Part shown: piece after piece, positions 18,460 to 29,040 of the stretch
Layout: every line of letters starts with the position of its first letter
How positions within the stretch are numbered: the stretch's first letter is position 1
Assembly (NCBI GenBank): GCA_015486155.1
Contig: WFSF01000029.1
Span: 1 to 43,234, forward strand
DNA: 43,234 bases
Direction of reading: 5' to 3'
From: Armatimonadota bacterium
Lineage (GTDB): Bacteria; Armatimonadota; Hebobacteria; Hebobacterales; Hebobacteraceae
Notes under the pieces: model-generated
Told to the model about the DNA's origin: nothing
What the model saw: the letters and a program-made list of their open reading frames with translations, nothing else
Database searches by the model: none
Program-made: the position numbers and the translations under genes

Positions 18460-19548
18460 CTAAGGACTGAAGTCTCGACGTATTCTCAGGAGGACCTTAT
18501 ACCTGCCTGTTTCGCTATCGACAAGGAGCACCTCTGGGCCGCAACCTATCAACAGTCGTTTGCCGTCCGGCAGCCAGGCACAGGCGCTAGGCTTCCACTG
18601 GTTTGGTCCCACCCTCGCCAGGCGACCGTCCTTGAGGTGGTAGACCCAAAGGCCGCCGTTACCGATGCATGCCAGGGCCTCAGCCTTCGCCGCCCAGGCC
18701 GTCCTTCCAACGGAGGCCGGTATCTGCACTAAGGTCGGCTCCTCCGCCGAGTCAAGGCGCTGGATAGCCAGCCGAGTCGACGTCTCATCGTCTTCCTTCC
18801 ATATGAGCCCTGCCGCATACTTTCCATCCGGTGACACCGAATAACCACCAACTATGCCAATGGACGACGGGAAGATTGTTGACTCCTCCATAGAGGGAAC
18901 AGAGACAGCAAACAGAGTTTCATCTCTCACAATGAATGCGCGATACTGAGAGCGACGCCCAGCAGGAACCACCGCGACCAGATACGCTCGCTCTGCTATC
19001 CTGTGAGTTGTTTCCGCGTCCGTGGCGGCATACACACCAGGTGCGCCCGGCCGCATCTTCAAGGGTGCCCTGGAGACGATTGGCCTCAACTCGTACACTA
19101 CCTCCTTGTATCCAGGAGACCAGTACCCACGCTTCTCGGTGCCCATGTGAGGGACCATCCTGTCCCGGCGGCCAGTTGCGGTGTCCAACGCGAAGATGCC
19201 CGAAGCAGGCCAGTCTGAATCGGCCATCTCAACGCGGCTCACAAGCAATCGTGGTCCGTTCCTCATCCAATCTAGCGGGATATCCTGGAATCGGCGGTCC
19301 GCGTGGCTGTAAAGAATGCGTCCGCTCCGGGTATCGACAATCAGCAATGCGAATTCATAGGAATACCCCGGTTCCCCTGGACCGCTACGGATGGCGGAGA
19401 AGGCCGCCTTCGATCCATCCTCGGTCACACAAATCGCATAGACGCGCCACTCACGGGCCGGCGTGCCGCGCGGTGATCTCGGACCAGTGCAGCCTATCGC
19501 CAGGAGTACCCCGGTCAATGCCAAGGCGAGCGCTAAGAGGCGAGGCAC
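18460..19548 (-). CDS. TolB-like beta-propeller lipoprotein
   Basis: GTG 19548 after GGAGGGAGG; lipobox LLAIGC; blades YWSPGYKEV, SVSPDGKYAA, AWLPDGKRLL. Confidence 0.75.
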   Translation of the reverse strand: MPRLLALALALTGVLLAIGCTGPRSPRGTPAREWRVYAICVTEDGSKAAFSAIRSGPGEPGYSYEFALLIVDTRSGRILYSHADRRFQDIPLDWMRNGPRLLVSRVEMADSDWPASGIFALDTATGRRDRMVPHMGTEKRGYWSPGYKEVVYELRPIVSRAPLKMRPGAPGVYAATDAETTHRIAERAYLVAVVPAGRRSQYRAFIVRDETLFAVSVPSMEESTIFPSSIGIVGGYSVSPDGKYAAGLIWKEDDETSTRLAIQRLDSAEEPTLVQIPASVGRTAWAAKAEALACIGNGGLWVYHLKDGRLARVGPNQWKPSACAWLPDGKRLLIGCGPEVLLVDSETGRYKVLLRIRRDFSP

Positions 19549-19905
19549 TAGCCTAGCCCTCCCCTCCGGTCGGCCCACCCACTCAAACTGCCCAAGCCCC
19601 ATGTCGTCGCAACACTTATGGCAGGCGGCGGTATGTCCACGTTTTGCCTTTTTCCAGCATTTGCCAAATCTCTTCTTCTGCTTTTCTCTGTCCTCCTTTG
19701 GGAGCTTTCCCAGTTCGCACATGTCATTCGTAGCGTTGCAGGACTCCAGGCACTGCAAGTAGATGGGGAAAACCCCAGTGCATACAATGAAGCACCACCA
19801 CTTTGAGCCCTTGGGGTCGGCATGGGTGAGCGGATTATCTCCCGCATAACTATACCAATTCACCCCCTCCCTGGCAGGGTCCTTGTTGATGAAGCGGCCC
19901 AGCCA
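19549..19905 (-). pseudogene. Orphan RHS core with Cys-rich C-terminal domain
   Basis: LGRFINKDPAREGVNWYSYAGDNPLTHADPKG with an intact PxxxxDPxG, then about 70 aa containing 9 Cys. Confidence 0.88.
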
Positions 19906-19908
19906 ACG

Positions 19909-20250
19909 TCACCTAAGCAGAAACCTGGCACCGAGGGGAATAGCCGCGACGCTCAGGTAGCCGACCATCTCGGCAAGCCAAGCAAAAGGGAGGCCACGAT
20001 GCTCTGCAGCCCACCTCACCAAGTAATACGAGATGGTGTACACAAAAGCGAACTCGCCCAGCGTCATCCCAACCCACGTAATGCCGCCGCCGTGCAGCCG
20101 GGAGGGGCGAAGGGTCGGGGACATGGCTGTGAGCAGCGCGGTAGTCGTCGCGCCCAGAACCCGGACGACCAACCACGACCTCTCGCTTGAGAAGACCTGC
20201 CTGCTCATTCCCTCTCGCTTTTCAAGCATTCCGCTCACTTGATCGCGCAT
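19909..20250 (-). CDS. Small membrane protein (candidate immunity)
   Basis: 113 aa, three hydrophobic segments, GAGG RBS, follows a Cys-containing tail. Confidence 0.5.
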   Translation of the reverse strand: MRDQVSGMLEKREGMSRQVFSSERSWLVVRVLGATTTALLTAMSPTLRPSRLHGGGITWVGMTLGEFAFVYTISYYLVRWAAEHRGLPFAWLAEMVGYLSVAAIPLGARFLLR

Positions 20251-20262
20251 GATAACCTCGCG

Positions 20263-20445
20263 TCACGGCTGATAGGGCTGTGAAGCTGCCTCTTGCACAC
20301 AGTGTGTGTAGTCCTCCCAAGCATCGGCCAGGCAGTTCACGAGTGCTGTCGCTACCCCTGTCATGCAATAGATTATGTCCCGCCCGTAGTGTAAGGTTGG
20401 GCGGAGTCTCTCGCGTATACTAGGCGGCAAGGCGTTGCTCGTCAA
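20263..20445 (-). pseudogene. Probable RHS C-terminal toxin tail remnant
   Basis: YCMTGVATALVNCLADAWEDYTHCVQE helical Cys pattern; supported by context only. Confidence 0.3.
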
Positions 20446-20539
20446 TCACGGGTTCTGTTTTCTTTCCCTCGGCTTGCTCTTCGTCCAGGGCCGCTTTCAG
20501 CTCCTAGGCCCGAAGGGCCGGGGTGGCGGCCGTAGGTCT

Positions 20540-20870
20540 AGCCACATCCACAGATCTTCATGCCCGATGATCTTGCGGAAGCTCTTTTCGGTCTCCAGCG
20601 GGTGCCTCAGGCACCCCGCCCACCGCAGCACCATCTCTCCCGAGCGCCAGCGGGTCACCCGGCCCGTTCTCCCTTGCACCCCGGAGAATGAGCTCTCGAT
20701 GATATTGGTGGTCGCCAGGCACTTGCGCGGTCTCAGCGACAGCCCCAGGCGGTGGCTAGGCCTGCGGCCGCCATGGCGGTCGGCAGAGCCGACCTAGCCA
20801 TTGATGGTGAAGGTCTCTTCCAGTCCTTCTCGCAGACTCGCCGCCGCCTTGGGGTGGATCTGCCCAGCGG
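20540..20870 (-). mobile_element. IS256-family transposase C-terminal remnant
   Basis: AASLREGLEETFTIN[insert]RLGL...KCLATTNIIESSFSGVQGRTGRVTRWRSGEMVLRWAG...ETEKSFRKIIGHEDLW. Confidence 0.85.
20753..20800. repeat. 48-bp palindromic insertion in the IS256 remnant
   Basis: TGGCTAGG...CCTAGCCA termini with a CCGCCATGGCGG core; excision restores ACC ATC AAC CGC CTG (TINRL). Confidence 0.75.
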
Positions 20871-21189
20871 CGTCAGGCGAACATCCGATTGTCTCGATAA
20901 CACCGGTTATGTCGTGATGCGCGGGATGATGGTGGCCATGTCAGGGCAGGCCTCTGCAATGTGCCGTTGCCGGCTGTAGACTTCTCTATTTGCTGGAGCG
21001 TGACCTGCAAGTATTGATGGTATGCCGCTGGAAGACGCAGGGATGGATAGCTTGGGATGGGCACAACCTGCGGGAGTCGATCAGGTAGCCCATGGCGCAC
21101 TCGCTCCGCTCACATTGAGCGACTGCTTGCGGCAGTAGCTCTAGTGCTGTACTATACTCCAGAATTGGTCGCCGAGAGTGAAGACTAAC

Positions 21190-24100
21190 ATGAGTCGGCA
21201 TGTCGCGCCACCGAAGAGTACGGGCGGCGGCGGGTTCGTCTTTGAGGACAACGTCGCTGCATACTTCCTGTCTTTCCTCCTAGCGGGCCGGCCGCCGCTC
21301 GACCCGGCGCTCGGCGTCATCAGCCGGATTGACTTTCAGACGCGGGCGGACGGGTGGCTGCTTGACGACGTACTGCTCACGCTGGCTTCGGACAGCGGCA
21401 CGCGACAATGTGCGTTCTCGGTCAAGAGCGGCCCGCAGTTCACCGCAGGAGGAATCGTCTCAACGGATTTCGTGAACGCAGCGTGGAGGCAGTTCCTGCA
21501 CGAGGGCACAACGCGCTTCACCAGGTCCCGGGACCGCCTCGGGCTGGTCACAGTCCCGCTACCCGGCAATCTCTGTGCTGAGCTGTATGCACTGCTGGGC
21601 ATGGCTCGCGCACAGGACCCTGCAGACCTACTTGCTCGGCTGGCTGTTCCGGGTTACGCTTCCCAGATCAAGAGAGACCTCTTTGCCAGCCTGCGTTGCC
21701 CGGAGGATCTGTCTGCGAAGCATGGTCTGACAGACGCAGACACCGCAGAGTTAATGAAGCATTTGGTGGTCCTGGAAGCTGACTTCGAGAGGCAATCGTC
21801 GAGGAGCCTGCGGGAAGGGCTCGAGAACTGCCGGAGTGTACTGGTCGGCGGTTCTCTGTCGGAGGCGCAGTCGCTCTGGCAGGCCCTTCTGAGCATCGCT
21901 AGCGAGTACCGTCCCACGGCTGGCAGTCTCGACCGGCTCGAGCTCGTTGACCGTCTGCGATCGCGGTTCCGCCTGAAAGATTATCCCGAATACCAGGATG
22001 ACTGGACGCGCCTCCTCGCTCAGACGCGACAGAACCTGGACGGAATCCCGGACAGAATAGGCAGCAAGGTGTCGCTCCCCCGTGAGGAGGAACGCGAAAG
22101 CATCGAAGCTGCCCTTGCCAGGAGTAGGGTGATCGTGCTGCTGGGGCCATCTGGTTGCGGCAAGACAGTGATCGCCAAGTCCTGGGCAATGACGGCACTC
22201 GCCTCCACAAAGGTGCTATGGTGGAACGCCGCGAGCCTGGAGGTCGCCAATCCTACTGTGTTCGAGCATACCCTAGGCCTAACCCATTCCCTCCAGGACG
22301 TGCTGGCCGAGATCTCTGACCCACGCGCATACGTCGTCATTGATGGACTAGATCGCGTCTTCTCTGAAACCTCCTTCGCGAACCTTTCCGTGCTGGTTCG
22401 GGGACTTCGGCTGGAGAATCCAGCTTCCCCTTGGCGGGTTCTTCTCACGTGCCAATTTGAGGAATGGGATAGAGTCCAGCGCGAGCTTGCCCGGGCTGGC
22501 GTCTTGCCCTCAAGTTGGGAGGCCATTCAGGTAGGGAACCTGGCTCCCGAAGACCTCGATCTGGTCTGGGAAGAGTTCCCGGCCCTGCGCCGGATCGCTC
22601 TTCGCCCTCACCTGCGCGCTCTACTTGTCAAGCCCAAGCTCCTGGATCTTCTGGCGACGCGCGTCTTACCTGGTATGCCCATCGACGCCAATAACTGGGT
22701 TGGGGAATCAGACCTAATCTGTTGGTTCTGGGAGGAGGTGGTCCGCTCCCACCAGGAGGGCGAGATGCGCGCTCGCTTCCTTCAGCTCCTCGGCGAGCGC
22801 CAGGCAGATAGTCTGGAATCCGAAACGCCGAGGAGTAGCTTCCCCGTCGGAGACCTCTCGCCAGTAGACGGCCTTGTGCGCGATCGCCTCTGTGACGTAC
22901 ACGACGAACGCCTGTCATTCTACCACGACCTGTACGGTGACTGGGCGAGACAGCGCATTCTCGTGGGCCACGCCGATCGGGTCAGCGAGTACCTCGAGAA
23001 GCGTATCACATCTCCGCTCTGGCATCGCGCGCTTAGGCTCTATGGGCTGCACCTCCTCGAGCAACACGAGAATGTATCGCAGTGGCGCTCTGTCCTCAAC
23101 TCTTTGGGGGCGGCCACAGAGCGAAGGGCCGAGGACCGTAGGTCGCTGCCAGCGGAGTGGCGCCCTTTCTTCGACTCCCTCCACCCACGCACTCAGGACT
23201 TCAACACTGCCCAGGATTTGGTTCTAGAGTCGGTCATATTCGCTGCCGATCCTCTTCCTATTCTGGAGAGACTCTGGCCCGAACTCGAGGCGGAGGGTGG
23301 GGCTCTGCTCCGCCGCTTGCTGACGAGGTTCCTGCACGTAGCGACGCTGCCGAACCCGCTTATGCTGCAGATCACGCGTGTGATCGGGCAGGACTTCACC
23401 ACAGAAGCCGCGACGATGCAACGTGTTCCGTACTGGCCCTACTGGCTCCCTATGATCCAGTTTCTTCACAGCCACGCCGGGGAGGTCACTGAGATGGCTC
23501 TCCGTCAGGTTGCGGAGATCGCGGATACGTGGCTGCGCCGAGGAGATGCAAAGTGGCCGTTGCGGCGAGAGGCGGCCGAGCTGGGGATCGCTGCTGCAGA
23601 GCATATGCTGCGGCTCAAGCGAGGGCCTGGCATGGTGCTGGTGCAGGATGGGATTGATGAAGTCGCCTATCGCGCGGGGCTGGCCGGTGCCAAGGAACTG
23701 CCAGAGCGAGTAGCTGCATTCGCTCTCGATGCGAGCCAGCGAGCCACAGGAGCTGAGGAAACGCCTTCGCCGGGTGAACGCCCCCCGGTGGTCGCTAGGC
23801 GCGTCCGGGTCTCCGGCCCGCTCGGCTCCTACGAGTTCGAGATGCCCCCTCCATGGCCAGATGGCCCATCCGAGCGAGTGGACGAGGCATTCCGCAAGAC
23901 CTGCCTGGACACGGATACGCTCCACCCGCTGATCGTGTCCAATCCCACTGTGGCGCGTGAGGTCCTTCTGGCACTCATGATTCAGGAGCCGAGGGAGCCC
24001 GACAAGAGCAACAGCCCCGCGTTGCAGGAGGATTTGAAAGTTGAGGCGATACACACGTGGTTCCCTCCGCTCTATTTGCGCGGACCCTTTCTGTTTTTCT

Positions 24101-26517
24101 TGTAGAGCCAGGCCACCGAAGGGCTGGACCTGATTGTGCGGCTAGTCAACTTCGCCACCGAAAGGTGGGCTGACCTGCGGCGCGCGGGATATAGGCAACC
24201 CCCTTCTATAACAGTGCGATTCCCTGAAGGTGATCGCGAGTACCTTGGAGACGGGGCTGTGTGTTTCTGGTACCGCGATGTTGGAAGGGCACCGCAGCTT
24301 GTCGTTTCTGCCTTGATGGCTCTGGAGAAGTGGCTCTATATGCAAGTGGACGAGAAGCGGCCGATCGGAGACACCGTGGACCTGCTCCTCCGGAACAGTA
24401 ACTCGCTCGCTATCGTGGGGCTTCTCATCGCGGTGGGCAAGAAGGAACCTGCGCTGTTTCTGGATGAGCTTCTGCCGCTGCTCGCGGTGCCCGAGTTTTA
24501 CCGGTGGGAGATTCGCCATCAGATCGCGAACGAAGGCCATCAGATGATCGGGTGGACGATGCCCCGAAAACACCCTTGGCTTGAGATCGCACAGGACTGG
24601 CATGCCCTTCATCATCGGAGGATAGACCTCACCAATGTGGCACTGTACCTGTTTCTGAACGTTCCGCAGACAAGAGAGTTCTTTGGTCGGGCGCGAGCAG
24701 AATGGCAGTCACAGATCCAGTCTGCGGATGCAGACGATGATTCAGTAGCGCATCTAGAGAAGATGGTAGCTCTCTTCGATCTCGTGAACTGGAGGCAGAG
24801 AAAGGACGCTGAGCGCGGCACGGTGTGGGAATTCACGGAACCTGCCGATCTTCGGGAGAAGAACGAGTTGGTGCGGCAACAGATCGAAAAGCGCCAGCGG
24901 TTCCTCGTCCTGCCATCCCACTGCCGTCAGATATTGGATGCAGGTCAGCCGCTCTCTGCCGATGAGGCCGAGAAGCTGTGGACTATGGCACAAGAGGTTC
25001 TCGAAGCGGGACCCCCGGATGAGGCCGACGCAGGTGTAGTCAACATCGAAGACGGGCTCTGCGGAGTGGCCGCCGTGTTGCTCAAGCTGCAACGTGACTG
25101 GCTGAGGCAACATCCGGACCGCGCGGACTGGTGCGTGAACCAGATGGTGAACACAGTCCGGAACCCTCCGGCACGCCACGAAATCGACAGCGAGGTCAGT
25201 CGTTCTGATCTGCACTGGGACGGCTTCTGCGCCGAGGTCATGCCGTTGCTATGGGCCGAGGAGCCCCAGTCACCAGCTTTGTGCGAATGCGTCGCCCTGC
25301 TGACGATGAACTATCACTACAAGACGGTAGCAATCCTTTTCGCGCGAGCTGGGAGCGTCCGGACCCAATTGGGCGAGGAGTTCACGCGGCTGCAGCACTT
25401 CATGCTTCGCTGGGCCGCCCAGAGGCGGGAGCAGACCCGCTTCCGATACCCGGATGAACCCGAGAAACGGAAGGCGGAACTCGAGGCCTGGGTTCGAAAA
25501 GAGGTGCCAGGTTTCGTCGCCGGGTCGCTCTCAGCCGAACTGCCGTCTTGGCTGGACGTCATCGGCGAGGAGCCCGAGATGGAGCCGGCCCCAATCGACG
25601 CTTTGCTAGGGAAAAGACCTAGAGCAACAGGGCCTCGGCTTGATCTAGAGGTGATCCGGGCTGCGTACGGGTGGCTTCCGCCGCTGGGACAAGCGCAGAC
25701 TGAACAGGAGCGTGCCGAATGGCTCGACTTCTGGCGGGAATCCCTTGCATGTAGCCTCAGAATGCTGGCAGAGGACGGCGAGATCAGTGGCACGCCATAT
25801 CCGTGGGATCGCTGGGTCTACTCGGGGATTGCCCAGAGCATAGCGGAATGCCGACCAGATGAGCATCCGGACCAGCTCTGGCGGCCGATCCTCGACTTGG
25901 GTGCTCCAGGCCATCATTGGATCGAAGGCTTCCTCCGGGCGTGGTTTCTCTTTGGCCTTGCGGCCGAGCCAAACACAGAGGGTTTCGTGCAGCAGTGGCG
26001 CGCGATGGCGGAGTTTGCCTTCTCATCTCCAACGTGGGCCCTCGAATCGACGAGACGTCACTGGGACCTGGACGAAATGTGGTGCCACCTCATGGGCCTT
26101 GACCCGCTCGTCTCACACGTATGGACGGCCGAGCGGCAGCCTGTAGTGATGGAGATGAGCGATATGTACCGGCGGTGGGCCGAGCTGAGTCTCGTACGGC
26201 CTCGTTCAGCCGTTGCCTTTGCGCGTTTTCTACAGCAACCCGCCGCACAGGTCATACTCTTCGATGGTTTGACCTGGCTCGAAAAGGTAGCCGCGGAGGC
26301 GGACGAGTGGTTCTGGAGAGAGCACAACCTCAAAGAGACCATGGCAGCGCTGTTGGATAGCTGCTGGTGCTCGCGCCGAGAGGACCTGCGCCGCCACAAA
26401 AAGGACCTCACGACATTCAACAGCCTACTTAGGATGCTTGCCGACCACCAGAACCCGATCGCGCTCGAACTCCTTGATCGCGTTCGCGGAGAGCTGTCAT
26501 CCGGAGCAGACCGCTAG
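21190..26517 (+). pseudogene. Avs/AVAST-like protein: N-terminal restriction-fold nuclease, STAND/NACHT-like NTPase and helical C-terminal region; interrupted by in-frame TAG at 24103-24105
   Basis: STGGGGFVFE...FQTRADGWLLDD...FSVKS N-domain; Walker A GPSGCGKT; Walker B VVIDGLD. ORFs 21178-24105 and 24136-26517 share a frame and read GPFLFFL*SQATEGLDLIVRLVNFATERW. Confidence 0.78.
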
Positions 26518-28217
26518 CGGAAAAGAATCGGCTCGAAGATCTCTGTCAGCCTCGCCATCGCATTCTTCAGGACCGGATGGTCCAATGGGTTGAGTGGGAG
26601 CTCTACCCTGCGCCGAAAGTTGGTAAAGCTCTCACTCTCGAGTTTCCAACGTTGGTCTAACAGTGCCTCGAGGACGCTCTCACCCGAATGGACCGCCGCC
26701 AGTAGGCCCTCGCATTCGTCCATAAGGAGTACGCGGACGGGCAAGATGCCCGCTCCCTCCAGTATTCCCTGTGACGCAAGCTCAGACCGGAAGAGCTCCT
26801 GGGTAGGCTGGAACAGCGGAAGATTCTGCCACACTACAATCACGGGTAAGAAGCGCCGGAACGAACTTGGTCCGCGTTTTCCCAACATGAACCGGCCCGC
26901 CTTGAAATCGCTGATGACTGCGTCAAGCTGCTTGGCCTTCGCGATCAGGGACTTTCCCAGGTCTTCACGGATCTTCTCCGAGTCTCCCGCTACTAACGAT
27001 TGGCGCGTGAATCCCGAATGGGTCACCTCAACCAGTGCAAGCACCTGACCACAATCAATGAGAATATCTGAGGGAAGACCGCCATTGTACGGTAGATCTT
27101 CATCGAGCCACAGGCGCTGAAACTGACCAGAGTGTGGAAAGAGGGGTAGGAATAGCGAATCGACGTATCGCTCCAGAATCTCTCCCCAGAATGTCGTGAA
27201 TTGGTTGCGCGGCTGGCCGGTCTTTTCGCGCCAGGCGTTCCACAAAGCGTGATACGTACCAAGAGTGAAGCGCTCGACGAGGAGCTGTGGTATCGCAGGA
27301 CAGTAGTGACCGTCGTCGAGGCTGATGAGCGGCCGTTCTTGGAGAGGCAAGGGGTCTGGTACCGCGGGAGCCTTCGCGTCCAGTTTCTCATACCGCGCTC
27401 TCAGCCACGCCAGGTCGCACGACATCTGCTCAACCACTTGATGAAGCATCTCGCGATTGACTCCTGGAGGGAAAAACGCGTCGGGGTTGATCGCGGCCCA
27501 CTTTCGCGGTCAGTTGACAGGCTGATCAACAATGCTCGGGAACGCAAGAGCACATCCGACCGCGTAGAATGTGCGCCAATCACATCCTATGTGACTTTCC
27601 AGCTCTTTGGTAATGTCAATCCAATTCGGTGAGGACTTCAGCTTCTCCCTCTGTGCCGTGCTGTCAAGCAACTCAAAGTGGCGAGCTAACAGTAGCCCTG
27701 GAGGCTCCCGTGATGTGAGATAGGATGCCGTTGATACGAGCGAGAGCGCGGAGTCCCCCGTTATGTCCGTCATGCCCGGCAATAGTCGTCGCGCTTCATC
27801 TTCGCCAATAGCCTCCGATATCATCATCAGCCACTGCCAGAAGAGCTCTCGGGCCGCAGGATCATTGAAAGATGCCTCAGTGTCAGCAGAGGCATGGAAG
27901 GCTAGCTCACGCCACGCAGCCACAAGCTGCACTGGGTGCGCAAGAACAGTTGTTGGAGGCCGTCTCAGTCGCTTCATCAGCGTCGCCCGGACTTCAGATG
28001 GCTCGACAAGGGACGCAATATCGAGCTGGATCTCAACCAATCCTCTGGGCGATGCTGCAAACTGGGCTACAAGAGATAAGTAGAAGCAGGCGTCACTCAG
28101 CGGCAATCGTGAGGTAGTTGCCGCGACTTCCTCCCAAGTCGCTGGGCCGACGTCAATACCAACATCGCGTCGTGTCACCCAAGTAGCGATGTTCGTCATT
28201 GGCGAGTACTCAGCCAT
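26514..28217 (-). pseudogene. ~567-aa protein with a C-terminal PD-(D/E)XK/NERD-like domain; interrupted by in-frame TGA at 27512-27510
   Basis: ORFs 27510-28316 and 26514-27449 share a frame and read DQPVN*PRKWAAINPDAFF...EMLHQ. Motifs WGEILERYV, PSDILI, LVEVT and KAKQL. Confidence 0.62.
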
Positions 28218-28911
28218 TTGTCTCTCGGTTTCCTGCCGAGCGTGTTCCGATGGAAACAGACCGCCCCGGACGACGCGCGTCTCGGAGAGTTGGGCCAGAG
28301 TTGCAGACAACTGCAACTCTGTCTAGACGTAGCTCGTTTCGGTCTACTACTCTCTTCCCCCACCTCTCCACCTCTCGCGCGAAGGCTTCCGTCTTACTTT
28401 CCGGGGCGGCGTATGGGATGAGGATGCGGTCGGCGAGGGCGGCGACGAAGCGGTTACGATATTGAGCGTTTTCGGCGGTGATGCGGTGGTGCTTGTCCTC
28501 GAAGGGCGAGAGGATGAGGAGGCGGCCGGCATTGAGCGGGGTCCTGAGTTCAGAAGGTATTCGACGCCAGATGCTCCGGGCGGGACAGATCACGATGGGT
28601 TGCGCGCCGCGAAGCAGGAGTCGCAGGCACTCCTGCTCCATTGGTGAATGGAAGCCGCTGATGACGGTGACGCCCGCGTCCCGGAGCGAACACATGAGGT
28701 CATAGGTCTGAAGAATCACCTTGCCGGGACACTTGACGGAGCAGAGCAGACCCAGCAGCGGATCATCGAGAACCCCAAGATTGCCCAGTGCGTAGATGCG
28801 CTCCGGCGCGCGGCTCCCGAGCAGCTTCATGGCGGCCCCAGGATATCGTGGGTGGCCACGCCCAATGGCGATTACCCCGCAGGATTCACTTCCTTTGATC
28901 GGTTCCTCCAA
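28210..28911 (-). CDS. Short DprA/Smf-like (SLOG fold) protein
   Basis: HPRYP...APERIYALGN, LLCSVKCPG, VISGFHSPME, AQYRNRFVAALADRILI. Start uncertain. Confidence 0.85.
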   Translation of the reverse strand: MEEPIKGSESCGVIAIGRGHPRYPGAAMKLLGSRAPERIYALGNLGVLDDPLLGLLCSVKCPGKVILQTYDLMCSLRDAGVTVISGFHSPMEQECLRLLLRGAQPIVICPARSIWRRIPSELRTPLNAGRLLILSPFEDKHHRITAENAQYRNRFVAALADRILIPYAAPESKTEAFAREVERWGKRVVDRNELRLDRVAVVCNSGPTLRDARRPGRSVSIGTRSAGNRETNG

Positions 28912-29040
28912 CTCCTGGTGTCCCCTTGAGTCTGCATCTCACGCTGCAAGAGCCCGCTCGCCCCCATCCTCGCGGTACCACAGCGAATTGTCATACGCCG
29001 TCACGATGGCGGGACTTCACTGCTCGTTGTCGGCCCTGGG

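Noticed and set aside
15860-19900. CRISPR array or integron attC sites
   Set aside because: The repeats are kilobases apart and encode RHS core peptide; no regular spacers or attC structure seen.
20880-21180. tRNA or structured RNA at the island junction
   Set aside because: No cloverleaf or T-loop motif recognised; an Infernal/tRNAscan run would be needed.
27450-27512. Selenocysteine at the in-frame TGA
   Set aside because: No redox-motif context, and only a 4-bp hairpin rather than a convincing bacterial SECIS; a bSECISearch run would settle it.
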